This document shows positions 10,552-24,265 of a stretch of DNA of 64,000 nt, one piece after another. Both the position numbers and the translations under genes were made by a program. The stretch lies in the NCBI GenBank assembly GCA_905331295.1, contig CAJNYD010000056.1, positions 62,001-126,000 on the forward strand, given 5' to 3'. This DNA comes from Rotaria socialis (Eukaryota). Under the pieces are notes generated by a model, which worked only from the letters and a program-made list of their open reading frames with translations, did no database searches and was not told the origin of the DNA. The first letter of the stretch is position 1, and the number at the start of each line of letters is the position of its first letter.

Positions 10552-13318
10552 CTATATGCCCATCGTCGGCTGTTGCACGACTAATTCATCAAGTACGAGA
10601 TCAAAGTCTAGTGGACAATCAATGAATGGTAAAGCAATAAGACCCGATGGTTGATCAAGTTTATCAACCGTCGTCAATGATTTGGTTTTTGATTCGTATG
10701 GTACTTTTAATTCTTTAGTCCTTTCGCGTTCATAAACAAAAGCAAGTTGTTCAATAGGTACCAACAGTAGATTAGGTCTGGCTTCTAATTCTCGTGCATC
10801 ATGTTCAGCTAATACACGTTGCCGATGAGCATCGACAAGCTCAGCAACTGAATTATATGACGAACACATTGTGGCTAGATCAGGTGATAATGGTGTTGAC
10901 TGTTCTATATTAAATGATTCTATTTGTTGTTGTTGTTGTGATGACGGTGGTGGCGTTTTCGTTTCTTTTCTTCGACGTTTCTTTTTTGGAATCACAGGCA
11001 TAGATGATGGTGGTTCTGGAATGTTTGTAGAAATAGGCCAAGATGTGCTGCTAGTGATAGACGAGGACGAGGTTGACGACGGAGAAACAGGTGAATCACC
11101 AGCACTACTACCATTTTCCCAATTATTATTTGGTGCTAACAATGTAGATGATGGACGCCGTACAAGTCCTGAACGTTTCGATGATGAACCGGTTGAATTG
11201 CTAGGAGATATTACATTTGGAAGGGTAGAAAATGTTAATTGTTTTTGATAATTAGCACTAGAATAAAAACAAGGCTCAGTTACAATTTTCTTTAAGTAAA
11301 AAAATATTCAAGTTTATTTTAAAAAATCCTATTGTCTATATATTTAGATCAATTAATATATTACATCATAGAATGTTGTACAAGTCAAATATTCTAAAAT
11401 GTTTGTTTAAGTCGATCGATGTTTCATTTGATTAATATGTGAGCAATATTTCAAACAAAAGACGCCTGTAGACAATATGAATCGATAGATTTTATGTGAC
11501 ACAAAAAACGCTCATCTTATTATTAACATAATATATAATGAAAACGTCCACATAGAATTTTTCACTATAGCCATATCTCACTCATATTCTATACATTTTT
11601 TTTAAATTGTTCAGCTCAATTAAATTTTTTTTCACTTATTATTCTAGAAAAGGACTATCCATGTAGCCGATCGTTGAATTATCGTGTAATTGTAGCCGTT
11701 ATTTGCTATTATAATGCATTATAATGGCTACAATGATATGATAATTTAATGACCGGCTACATGAGTAATCACATTTGCTTTTTTTGTTTGTTCATAAATC
11801 AATACAAAGCGGGAAAGTACAGACTTCACTGCATCACATTAATTATTAACCATAAATAACCAATGTAGTCACGTAAAAACAGATGCTATAGTTTGCTTAT
11901 TAAAGTTTATTAAATACGATCAATCAGTTTTTCTTCTACAGGAATCATTGAGTTCAACTCTATAATTTGGATGAAGAATAGAGCATATTATTATGTTTTC
12001 ATCTATGACTTCAACATTTGTCTATGTATTTGTTTAGAAATGAGAGTTGAAAAAAAACGTGCTTTTGAACCTATAGACAATCATTGAAACTATGTGTTTT
12101 TATGAAGAATGAGAAAAGGATGATTTTTTTTCGATACTGCACATGATCTAACAATTACAAATAATCTACGTTTTTTCGCTCCTCATACGACTTTTGTCAT
12201 CAAAATTGTATTTATGATTAATATTTCATGAAATCTATCGTTTCTTTAGTACATGTTGATAATCGAAATAAAAGCAAGATGATGGAGCCAGAAAAGGTAT
12301 TTCAGGTCAAATTTGGAAATTTTAATAGAATTTTCCTATTGCAATGGGAAAGAAATTCTAGAATAGGCAATTACTTGACATTTGAATTATTTGAATCTCT
12401 TCCATGATGTAAAGCTGAATAATCAACTTTTCCTTTATCATTTAGACTTTCATCAATAATTTGATTTTGTAAAATAGCATTAACAGTTGGTGTTTGAGTT
12501 GAAAGAACATCAGGTTGATTCATTTGCATTTCCATGAGAAGTTGTTGAGTCGTTTTTAATCTTGGTAAACTCGCAGTTGATTCAATTAAACCTATTGGTG
12601 ATAAAGGCGATGGGGATGATACTGGTGTTTCAATTTGAGCTTTTCGCCTTTTAGTCGATAAGCCATTGGTTTCAGAATCATTTTTACGTTTTATTTGTGT
12701 CATCGTATCATTATTACTATTTGTTGATATCGATGAATTTATCTTAACTTTAACTATTAAACGAGGTTTTTCTGATGGTGGTGATTTTGATTCATGAATT
12801 TCTCCGTTAGTCGTCGGAGTAGAAACTGATCGTGCTATTGGCGTTGATTGTTGTGGAATAGATAATGACGAAATATTACTATCGGTTTGTGGTGTATTGA
12901 GTAAACCTTGCCATGATCGTAGAAGTTTTTTAGCTCGTTGAGCAATTTCAATAATCGACGGAGAATTATCTCCTGCTTGTTTAGCACTTTTTTTCCGTGC
13001 ATCGATTTTCTGACGAATGGTATTAATTTCTCGACCAAGACGAGTTGACTATATGAAAGAAAAAGATAAGTTTTTTTCTCATTTAAGTATGAAAAAAAAA
13101 ACTAAACACAAACTTGTAATTCATCTTTGGATATTTGAATTTTTTCTAATTGAGAAATAATTTCCAAGACCATTTCTGGATTAGTAACCTAAAGAGAATA
13201 TGTTCAATTTATTGAGAGAGAAAAAAAATCCACAAGCAACAGTTACATTATGATCAGCATCAACGGCGCTCAGTAAACTATTTTTGAGCGATTCAAGCGA
13301 CGACGAATCACTTTGCAT
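10552..13318 (-). CDS. MED26: Mediator subunit 26, about 508 aa
   Basis: Exons 13318-13247, 13188-13114, 13048-12375, 11257-10552, in phase. TFIIS N-terminal domain LKNSLLSAVD...STRLGREIN...AQRAKKLLRSWQGLL, middle PRLKTTQQLL and C-terminal IALPFIDC all match MED26. Confidence 0.9.
11653..11770. repeat. About 118-nt imperfect hairpin in MED26 intron 3
   Basis: Arms 11653-11702 and 11721-11770 are reverse complements (catgtagccg / cggctacatg; attgtagcc / ggctacaat). Confidence 0.8.
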
Positions 13319-16300
13319 TGAATATTAATTTTATTCTTTTTTCTGTTCAAATAGTTTGATAAACAAAAAAAGTAAATGAAAAAAAAAGAAATGTCTAATA
13401 TTTTCGTTTAACCATCGTAATTAATTTCTTGTAGCAGTAAATCATATACATATATTAATGTCCTTCATTCTTTTGTTTTTCTAGTATGTACATATTAAAC
13501 ACAGATCGATATGAATAGAAATAAATAAACAGCAACAAAAAATTAGTTTTAAGACAAGAGAAGATAATTAATCGATCTACAAATAAGAAACTAGACTATA
13601 TACATGTTATGCGAAATTCAACTGAAATGAATCGCTCTGTTCTGTATTTATTCCTTCGCTTCGTTCGCCCTTAAATGGTTTAATCATTGGTTTAAAATGA
13701 ATCACAAATCGGAAATGTCCGTTGAGTCTCTAAAACAACAATAATTTTCTATTGGTTATGTCTAATTTTGTAAAACTGGAAGAAGTTCAGAATATAGATG
13801 GCGCTACATGATGGGAGTTTGTTTCGTTTAAAAAATCGATTTAAAGAATGCTCTAAATCTGCACGTACTTGTTATCAAGTCTATTATGAAAATTGAACTC
13901 AGTAACACAGTAGACTTTCACGGCTGAGTTCTATTCTTTCATATAGAAAGTGTAAGGTCTTACTAAATTGAACTGTAAAAAAAAGCAGGACTATGAAATT
14001 TGCATTTTTGATTTTGACTTATGGATATTATGTCTATTGATTATAGGTAAGAAATAAAATGAATAGCCTCTTTGGTATTTATCCGTACACATATTTGTTA
14101 AACAGCATTTTGCTAAAATATTTCCTTTTAGTATATATTCACTACACGTTGTGTTGTACACATCTGTTTTATCTAAAACAGATCGTAAAGAAATGCTGAT
14201 AACTATCTTCGTATAATAGGATAAATAATCGTATTGATTATTTCCAGAAGATAAGAAGTTTCATCATACTGGGTATATATCGAATATGTGCTATATAGAG
14301 TATTCGAAACCATACTCTAGCTATTTAGATTTTAGCAACAACCTCGAAGCATTTTAATGAGAACATTTAAAATCTTTTTATTAATACCACTCAATTGTTG
14401 TAGTGCTTTCGAACCCTTTTTCACTCATTTGCTTTGAAAATAGATTTGAATTTTAAAAAAAGAAACATTTTCTTTGTCTATAAACTAATTAATCATTTAC
14501 TGACGAATACGATGACAACATGAAATGCTGAAAATCAGATCGAAGTCTAGTCTTATATATTCCACGACTAATTTTATTATCAAGTGTATGCACATTTTTC
14601 GGTCAAAAAATTAAAAAAAACAACATGTCAATACGAGAACTTTTAACAGCCATCAAGCCGAATTTCATCGTGAATTATTACTTTTTCTATCACGCTCACC
14701 AATAAAAGCATGTCCAATATACTAAGTAGCGAGAAAAATTTATGGAATGCTAATTTTAGTGATGTCATTTATAATTTATCGATTCGTGGAGTTAATTTGC
14801 AAGTGTACTTTATTGATGAGGCACCCTAAGAAAAAGAAATACCAAGATACAAAATTTCGTGAGTCATTTATTTGCTGTACTAAACTTGTCTTAAGTCACT
14901 ATTATATCAGAATATTTCGATCTGAATCGAATATAAATTATCGCCACACCCTCATCAAATAAAAGAAAGATAACTGGTGTCAGTCAAATTGGAAGCTACT
15001 ACCTAACGCATACTATTTTCATATTAATAGAGAAAATTTTTGCACAAAATTTCAGTGTGTCATATGACGATATTTTTGAGCGGCTTTAGACAATAAAAAT
15101 AGATATTATTATCTCGACCAATATTATCGATTAATTTCTGCAGCATATTCATGACTAATGAAGGAATGTGTCAGACAAAAGTCGATTTTGTGCTTCGTCG
15201 ATCATCACAAAGACTCGAAAGCATGATATAGTTACTATGTTGTGATATACACTACTGATCACACCGTTCGATACTTGTAGAACAATTTGCAGAAGTGCAG
15301 TGCTTTGAAACTTCACATAAATTTCACGAAAGATTGATCTTTCACGTGTAGCTCTGTTGATTGATTAAAATACGGACGTGTTGTATCGCTGTGCAGCCAT
15401 GTAACTCATAGGGATGAAAGAGCTTACTTAATATTTGCCGAATACCTATTCCACGCGCTGTAAAAAAATCATTGGCTGTTGAAAATAATATTTAATTGCT
15501 TGAGTCAAACCGTATAATGGGATTCTTTCCTGTACAACTATTTCAAGAAAGTGCCTGAAAAACAGAACATATGGTCTGACTACACTGGCTTAATATTACA
15601 ATTGGATATTGCAGTTTAAATTGTAACTTTGGGTGTCGGTCTTTTTTCCAAAAAATTGACTATTGGCTCTGGATAAAAGAACGGAATTGCAATATTTAGA
15701 TGCCGGGGATATTTCGTCGATATACTTTCGAAACTTATTAAAAAAAACTGCCTAGTTTTTACTAGTATATATATATTGCAATATATCGGAATTCAGTGGT
15801 ATAATAAATTTCCAACTACCAAGGTAAATAGAAAATTTATTTTTCTCTAATAACTATAGCAAATACTATTGAACTAATTGATGTAACCATTGTGATTGGT
15901 TGCTCAGACTGCTGCGCCATTGTAAGTTTGTTTTTCTCTACGTATCTGATACTAATCGATGCAATGAAATCAAGCAGAAAAACATGACATACCACTTCGT
16001 TTCTTAGTCACCGGCTGTAGTGCCCATTGAGTAACTGAAGGACTAGTTTTATTTTCACACATAGTTTCTAACAATCAAATTACTATACCCTTGTCCGATA
16101 TCGAAAGGACGACACCAGCGAACAATGTTAGAAAATGATCAATTTTATGGTTATCATTACATCATACTTATCGAGTTATCTATATCAATTCTGTGGCTAA
16201 CACATTTAAATGGTTATTTTTAATTAAATCTAGAGTTAAACACAAGTAAAAGTACTCAGTCAAATTTGACATATTATGCCAAACAGATTAAATCTCGACA

Positions 16301-17205
16301 ATTTCTCTCTTTATTTGAAATTTCCCGTTTGTAAATTTACTTGCCATACAGTTACGATAAAATGAATACATGTTGTTGTTTTTTTCAATAGGATAACAAG
16401 AAATGTGAGAATGCATTCTAACATGCTGATCATCTAGACAAATGAGTTCAGAATTAAAAAAATGTGTATTCTACTCAAAATCACAAATTCAAAACTTAAT
16501 TATGGTCCTGATCGAAACTGATTGCTCATCGGAGAATCTAATTTATTTATGTCACATATTGACACTGGTCTCAAGATAACCTCTGAGTACAAATTGTAGT
16601 ATTTCATGTAGATTATTTGTTTGTTAATTGAGAATATAATACTTATTTCTATTGAAGTTTGATCTACGCCTCAGCAGCTATGTAGAAAATAGGTTTTTTT
16701 GACTTTTTTCTTTTATCCTATTCGACAAATATTTTTCAAAACGCATGCGTCATGCCGTGCTTAATTACTTGACGCATGCATTAAAAAAATAGGATGTTAA
16801 GGTGAATATATGGAGTTTATCGACATAAAATGTTTTTTATGTTAACCTAATTAATATAGTTTCGCTCGCTTTATGTCAGGCTAAATTTTGGCAAAAATGG
16901 CAATGAAATATTCTGATTCAATTTCGAACGAATAGATTTTATAATGTAAATAGATATTCTGAAACATAGCAGTGATAACGTTCGTATAAATAGCCCGAAG
17001 GCAATAGATTCCGTTCGTACGAAACAAATTTTATCATTGTATTCATTACATATCTAATTTAAAGTTTTAAAGTAAATAAAATATGTTTTACTTCGATGAC
17101 TAAAGTCACTATTTTGGAATGATACAAACACGATCAATAGATCAGATTTTATATACTATGTAAAGAAATTTATTGTTTTATCTGAGTCTATGTTTTTATT
17201 TGAGT

Positions 17206-20200
17206 TCAATCTTTTTTATCTTTATTAAAACGAACAAAATTTCGAAAACGTTTAGGATTTAAACCATAAACTTGTAAACGTTCATCGGACATATCAGTTA
17301 ATACACGCTGTTCATCGGATAGATGTTTCTTTTTTCGTTTCTTGTTTTTCGTCGTCAACGTAAGTGATGATGACGGTGACGATAAATCTTTATGATTCAG
17401 TGATGCTTGAGGATTGAGTTTTTCTTCGTTTGTTGATGGACTATAAAGAAAAAAGGAAGGAAATAAAAATAGAACAAGAAAAAAGCAGAAAAAAAGTCCA
17501 AGTGAAGCCCTCTATTCGACAGTCACTCGAAAAACGTACGGCTATGACATATTTTTGAATAGACGTTCGTTAATAAGAAATAAAGACGGCAAGGCATATA
17601 GAAGTTAAGAAAGAAAAAAAAAACCTGTTACGTATATTTTTTCCTTTTCTGCAGGTGTTTACACCTGTACACATGCACCCTTCTTTTATTTTTTAAAATG
17701 AATGCACTGACGCTATTTGTATCATAACAGAAAAAAACATTTTTTCCACTGCAGCTAATCGAGCGAGCAATATATATATAATACGATGAACCGTAATCTT
17801 CAGTCTAAAATTAAAAGTATTGTAGCAGAAATTAATGAATCAGGTATATAAAATGATAGTTAATCCAATCGAAAAAATTCTTTACTGTTTTTATTTTCGT
17901 TAAAGAATCAACTTCTGATGATGACTACACACGACAACAATCCTGTGATTTATTGACGAATACAGTTGCAGTAATACCGCCATTCAATCAACAACGTTAT
18001 GATACTAGACTACAAAGTCACAACAATAATTATTTATCAACAGAAAATACTTCTCAAGAATTTACAATGTTTCCTAATGCATCTACTCAAATTCAACGTA
18101 AACAGCGTGGCAACACTCTGAACTTCAATCGTGCACCTTCTCCTAATATTTTTGATAGACGAAATCAATTTCCACCTAAACCGATAGTAGCGTCCCAATC
18201 ACGTTCATATGAAGATCTTTCAATACATTCACTGCGTAAAAAATTAACTAATGATAGTGGTACAGGTGAATCAATAATAATACCTGCAGATGCACCCTAT
18301 TCAACACCTACGAGTTATGATATAGTGCGTGTATTCGGACAAAAAAATACCGTATTGATGCGAAATCGCTATGAATTTGATCAATCTAAAGTAGATCAAT
18401 ATGTAAACCGGAAAATTAAACACCCAAAACCACCAATCATCAAGCCCAAGAAGATCGCCGATAATCCCAATGGAAAAAAAGGACTACTATCTGGCTTGCC
18501 GAAAAAATTCTCCAAATCTTCTCTCAATACTGAATTTCCATACTCTCCGATCGTTCGCCATCATTCATCGAGCGATCACACCAACGACTAATAAGCAATG
18601 GCAAACACAACTTATTCATGCTTCTGTTATTTATTTCAAGAACACATAGTCGTTTCAATGCTCAAATTCGGTGTCTAGTTTTCTTCGAAAAGAAACAAAG
18701 CCAACTAATTATAAAATGTAAAATAAAATTATTATTTTTTTTTGTGAATTGCAATTAATAGTTGCGCATTTGCTGTTGTTTATTGATTTTTTAATTTCTA
18801 CTTCATATGATTTCTGAAAATTATATTCGTTCGTAGTTAAGTTGAGATTGAATCTCCTGCTTTCTGTTCAATTGTTTTTATTAAAAACGGCATGTAAAAT
18901 TTAAACTTCTAGTTTACTAAAAAAAATCACTTTTATCAAATAAATTAATACTATTCCTAATCAATGCATTGAATGTTGATGTTCGTAGGAGGTAAAACAA
19001 AAACATTTTCCTATACCTTTCATCGTTATCATTTTTCTCTTGATAAACACTTGCTAATATTTTTCTTTTCTTCTCTGGGTTTTTAGCTTTATTTTTGTAA
19101 ACATGATAATCTCGAAGTTCTTCATCTTTCGATCGATATTGTGACGTTTTTTTCAATGAACACCATGAATTAAGTTCCCGATCGTCAGCTGCAAGAATCT
19201 TAACAGAAAACAAACGATGCGCATTTGATTTTTTGAAATTTGATTTTTTTCTATCACTTCTTCAACACTTAAACCAAAATCATTCGGTTCAACTTGTCGA
19301 TATTGAAATCTGACTGGCATGCCACCAACAAAATCTTCACAATCAAGCTTATAGTATTCATCAAAATATTGTTCGAAAGATTTTTCCTCTAGAAAAATAA
19401 AAAAAGGAGGTATTGTATTGTTGAATTTTACTCATACTTGGATCAAATTTTGGTTTTGATTGAGAAATAGCTTGACTTAATTTGGATTTTTTCTTCGAGT
19501 TCTTTGTTCCTTGTTCTTCTTGATTACTTGATTGCACAGATTTCGGTACGGCTTTTTCTTTGTCCTCTGTTTGATCCCAATTTTCCACTAAAATAAAAGC
19601 ATAAGCTAACTTGAACAATCAAAATAAAATAAACGTTTCTACCTTGAAGCTCTTCATCGGATACTTCGGGTACGTCTTCTTCTTCAGCACCTTTTTGATA
19701 GTAGTCATCATTGAATATTTGCTATGAAACGAATGAAGTTTATAACAATAGAATGGATCATTATTCTTTTATTACCTGCATTCGACGATCGTATTCTTTG
19801 GGATCAAAATCTGCATCGAGATCATCAATATTAACTGGCAAATCTTCATCACCGGCAACAGTTTTTAAGCGTTTCATTTTATCGAAAATTTCTTTTTTCT
19901 TTAAATTTTTTAAACGTTTTATTTCTTCAAGCTTTTGTTTTCGTTCAAATTCTTTTCGTTGTTTTTTTTCTGCACGTTTCAATTTTCGTCGATCGTCTTT
20001 TCGACGAACGCTATCATCGATCGTTCGAGGATATCGTTTTAACTAAAAATTTTGAGTCGAGTAAAATAGAAAGCAAAGAATTATATTTACAAATTCAGTA
20101 TCTGGTTCTTGAAAACGAAAATTAAACTTTCGTTCGAATTCTTCAGCTTTTTCAAATTCTTCATCGTCGTCATCATCATCAGCAACAACGACACCGGCGG

Positions 20201-23200
20201 CAGTCGGATTGACAATTTCATCATAGGATGGAATTCTAAACTAGATAAAATCAGTAACATGAAAATAAAAAACGATTATTCAGAGAGAAGTTTGATGTTA
20301 CTTCGACTTTGCAATCCAAATTTCTTATGAATAGCAAAGATCCGAAAGAAATTTATACATGAGTCTGGAAACGGAAATATTTTACTAGAAGTTAACAAAA
20401 GTAGCGAAGATATATACGAGAGATGATCACTTCAAATAAGTGACAGCGAGGAAATTTTCTAATCGTTCCTAGATAAATAGATTTTGGTAATACTAGTAGA
20501 ATTCACTTGAGCAGTACTTTATTTTGTCTAAAAATGAATAAGAAATCCAGAATTCAGATATTTGTCGTAGTTCAACGAGTCTTAGTGAAGTTAGCTTTGT
20601 TGATGAACGAAGTTGCCTTCAATCAATATGTTTCGATCGATATCCGATTTCTCAAATATTGGGTATCAATCGAAGAATAAATGTATTCTGTCTGCAAATG
20701 TCTCGATTATTTTACTTTGTCTTAAGAATAAAAATTAAATCTTCACAGCGTGATTGAAAGTCGATATACATATATAACCGATCTTTAGCAAAAATATGTT
20801 AAATTCAATAGTAAGAAAAGTAACTGATCGAGTTTCATCTGTCTGATTACAAACGATTAGTTACCTAGTGTGATGAATCATTTTTTCCTGTTAGAATGTT
20901 CTGAGAAGGAATTTCAAAAATAAAATTGAAGTTAGAGAAAGACTTTTATTTCAAATCTTTAATTAAAACTTCCGAGATTTCAAGATAATGCTAGTGATTT
21001 TACCTTGTCTCATCATCATCATCATCATCATCGTCGTCCGCATGTTGTAAATGCATTTTATTTAGAATAAAATCACGTAAAAATCGATCACGTTCTGATA
21101 ATGATGGGTCATTCCAATAGTCATGTAAATATTTCTGGAAAAAAAAAACAATAAGAATAATTTATTTGTTAACAACTAATTAGTACCAGATCTGATTTAA
21201 TAGATGAGTCAGTTATTTCATTTTTTTGACCTTTTAACCATTCAATATAATCTTGTTCTTCTTTAGTCTAAATAAATTATTGCATAAAAACACTGAGAAA
21301 TTCTAGAAGATCTTTACTTTTTCTTCATCGGTTTTGAGTTTTCTTGTAAATAAATCATCGTCATCTGTTCCGGGAAGAATACTTTTAATACTAAATAAAA
21401 ACAAATATTTCTCGAAATTCCATTGACATGATTCAACGGCCACGCGATAAAAAAAACTGTTTTATTTGAATGACAATCGGGCGAATTAGCTTTCGTCTCT
21501 CCTCTTACGAACACCGGTAAATTCGACCGGGTGTTGGGAAATGATTTTTATTCGTAAAAATTTATGACGGTAGTTCGTAGGCACCTATGTACCGGAGATC
21601 GTAATAGACAGCAGGAAGATCGTAATGTGTTTACTGGATGTTCGGAATAGAGTTTTTTTGCTATATTTAATGTAACACCACCTGAAGATCGTAATGAACA
21701 CGGCCGGTTGTTCGGAAGGTAATTCTAAGGGTACTTAAATGTGGAGTCCGTAAAAGAATTTATAAGGATATTGTAATTGAAATAAAGACTTTCTATTCTT
21801 ATAGGCAATAATATAATAGGTTGCATTTTTGATTACATCCATGATTATATAAGTAGACGATTATTCTTTCTTTACCTATACTCATTGTGCTATAGTCTCA
21901 GAAGTTGTTTCTAAGGATATAAGTTGATTAAAAACCAACAGTTGTCGAAAGCAATAACTGAGCAAGCTGCTCTTAGATCTTATTTACGTTCAAGTTCAAT
22001 ATTGAATCGTCTTAGAGTTAGACCCAACGATCATACTACTGCTGTTTCGTCTTCATCTTGCATATCATCAATTCAACCTGGTCTTACTGCTACAACATCG
22101 AAAAATAAACAAAAAACGTGTACATTCATCCAAGAATAAATAGAATGATGATGTACATTATCACTAGAGTCACACATGAATATGTATTTATTTTCTTTCA
22201 ATAAAACTGGTATCTTGTAACAGAAAGTATTGAAGGAATAAGAAGAATAATAACTAATACTAGAGTTATTATAGTAAACAGAAGTGCAATCGTAATTGCT
22301 TGAATTCCTACGAGCATCAGGACATTCTGATTACGATCGCCAGGAAAATTTTGATGTTCGTAAAGAGAAAAATTTACATGGAGTTCGGAATCAATTTTCA
22401 AAATAGCCTTTTCAATGGTTATATCCTATGAAAAAGCTATTGTCAGAATTGATTCCGAACACCCTGCATTTTTGTTCATGTCAGGAGATCGTAAACAAAT
22501 TATTTTACGGGAGTTCGTAAAAAAAAAGAGGTGAAACGAAAGCTAATTTCCCCTGACAATCATATCTTCTTATTATTCTTTTGTTTTTCATAAAACAATC
22601 GAGAATAATGTTTCTTCAGTGAATGTAAATCTACCTCTTTTTAATTTCTTCTTGTTCTTCGATGATCGATTTCTTACCATTTGTTCTAAACAAGAAAGAT
22701 TTACTTAAGATAATCATAATTTTCTATTTTAGAACTTACTGAATATGCTTATCATTATGATCATCATCTTTATGCATTGCTTCTGCAAAAGCATATTGAA
22801 TTTCAGCATCTTTTAAGGTCATTTTTTTCTCTTTCTTCCTTTTATTCGTTTCATGACTATCATTTGCTGATGATGATTCCGGCGTGTTAAAAAATTGCGT
22901 ATTCGAATCATAGATTTTTGGATCACGTTTTTTAAGAATTGAATAACAACGAAGAAATTCTTTTTCTACATCATCTGTCCAATCCTAGAAAAATCCATAA
23001 ATTAGAGCAATAACTCAAATCGTTTTTTCCTCATACTTCAGCATTATCATCCTCAGATTCATCATCGGAACTATCTTCAATATCACTGCCATATCGAGCA
23101 ATTACTAAAATCGCAAAATATAAAATGAATTTAAAATAAGGAAAATATTGGTCAGCTTTACATTTTTGTTTTTCTTCTTTTTCTCTCCAATTCTGGTATT

Positions 23201-23261
23201 TATTTGCATAGGATTTGTTTACTGTTAAAGTAACAGGATCATCATCATTATCGTCAAACAT
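17206..23261 (-). CDS. KRI1: KRI1 homolog (40S biogenesis factor), multi-exon
   Basis: N-terminal [90 protein letters not shown]; last exon 17440-17206 ERLQVYGLNPKRF. All junctions checked are GT-AG and in phase. Confidence 0.93.
17786..18591 (+). CDS. Uncharacterised 247-aa low-complexity basic protein, nested antisense in the last KRI1 intron
   Basis: ATG at 17786, exon 17786-17843, 62-nt GT-AG intron, exon 17906-18591 in frame. Long open frame in AT-rich DNA; aataaa near 18722. Confidence 0.7.
21479..22553. mobile_element. Non-autonomous DNA transposon with 8-bp TSD in a KRI1 intron
   Basis: TIR gggcgaattagctttcg / cgaaagctaatttcccc; direct repeat tgacaatc at 21471-21478 and 22554-22561; recurrent subterminal gatcgtaa/gttcg(t/g)aa motifs; internal hairpin at about 22380-22463. 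Confidence 0.85.
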
Positions 23262-24265
23262 CTTATCCGGAAAAAAACGTTTTAAGAAAAAGTGATCAAA
23301 TATCTTCGATTGGTTTAGATTTCACCATGTTTGTTGGTAATGTTCCTCTTCAGTGAGGGTCATCGAATGATGCCACTCGTATCTGGCATAGACTCATGGT
23401 TGGTTCAGTCTCGAGTTAAAGTTTTTCTTCAGTTGCTTTTAAAGCTCTTTAGCAGCAATGTTTCTAAAGAAATTTTAAACGACCATTTATTTTCCAGAAA
23501 AGAAATCCCACGGATGTTACTTGTGGGCAACAAATGCAATAGCAAGATGTCGCCAGAATCATCGCCTACATTTTAATTTTTGAAAAGAATTTATATTAGG
23601 AATGCTGTACATCAATCACGAGACTCAATTTAATAATAGCAGGAACTTTTAGAAATGAATTTCGTATTAAATCCATTAACCGCTTTTTCATTCGATAGTA
23701 TTTTTGATGAATCATGTCGATGTGGTAGCACCAGGTGCTTTTGATGATTTCGAGATCGATTCAAGAATCGAAATTATGAAGATAGTAGTGCTGGAAAAAT
23801 TCGGATAGAGAGAGAAAGAGACGAGTAATATTTTATTAAAAAGTATTTTGTTCAGGTGAGTGTGCAGTTTGACCACACAATAACATCAAAATAGCGCATT
23901 GCACGCAATAATCACGGGAGCGAAGGTATGCTAACTTTACACGCAACTTGTTTTCGCAAAACGAAGTTATTTACTTGTCGAGAATGGGGTAGTTTTGCTT
24001 TGAAAAATGATTGAATATTTTTACTTATTTGAATCCCAACTTTTTGTTGTAGTGAATAGAATTTTTTTCCTCTTGTCGCTGTTTTAACATTAGTTTAGCT
24101 TTTTTTTCTGGATGATTGTTTACTCAGACATAGCGACAAATATCAATGGTTGTTGTTTGTTATTGTGTTAAAAATGTCGAAAACAATATAATTGACAGCT
24201 GATGTAAAAGAGATGATTTTTTGTGATCAATTATTTTAGATTAACCAAGAAATTTTATTTCAAGT

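Noticed and set aside
10871..11248. 125-aa + strand ORF, and similar shadow ORFs at 3900, 19711, 31828 and 38179
   Set aside because: Antisense shadows of well-supported coding exons.
15100..15700. Possible decayed hAT transposase (cgc tgt gca gcc resembling RCAAH)
   Set aside because: No sustained reading frame and no second motif found.
23331..23576. 81-aa ORF containing EIPRMLLVGNKCN, resembling a Rab/Ras G4 box
   Set aside because: No P-loop or DxxG motif nearby, the NKxD Asp is missing, it has a non-ATG start and it lies in the KRI1/DYNLRB divergent promoter. Probably chance.
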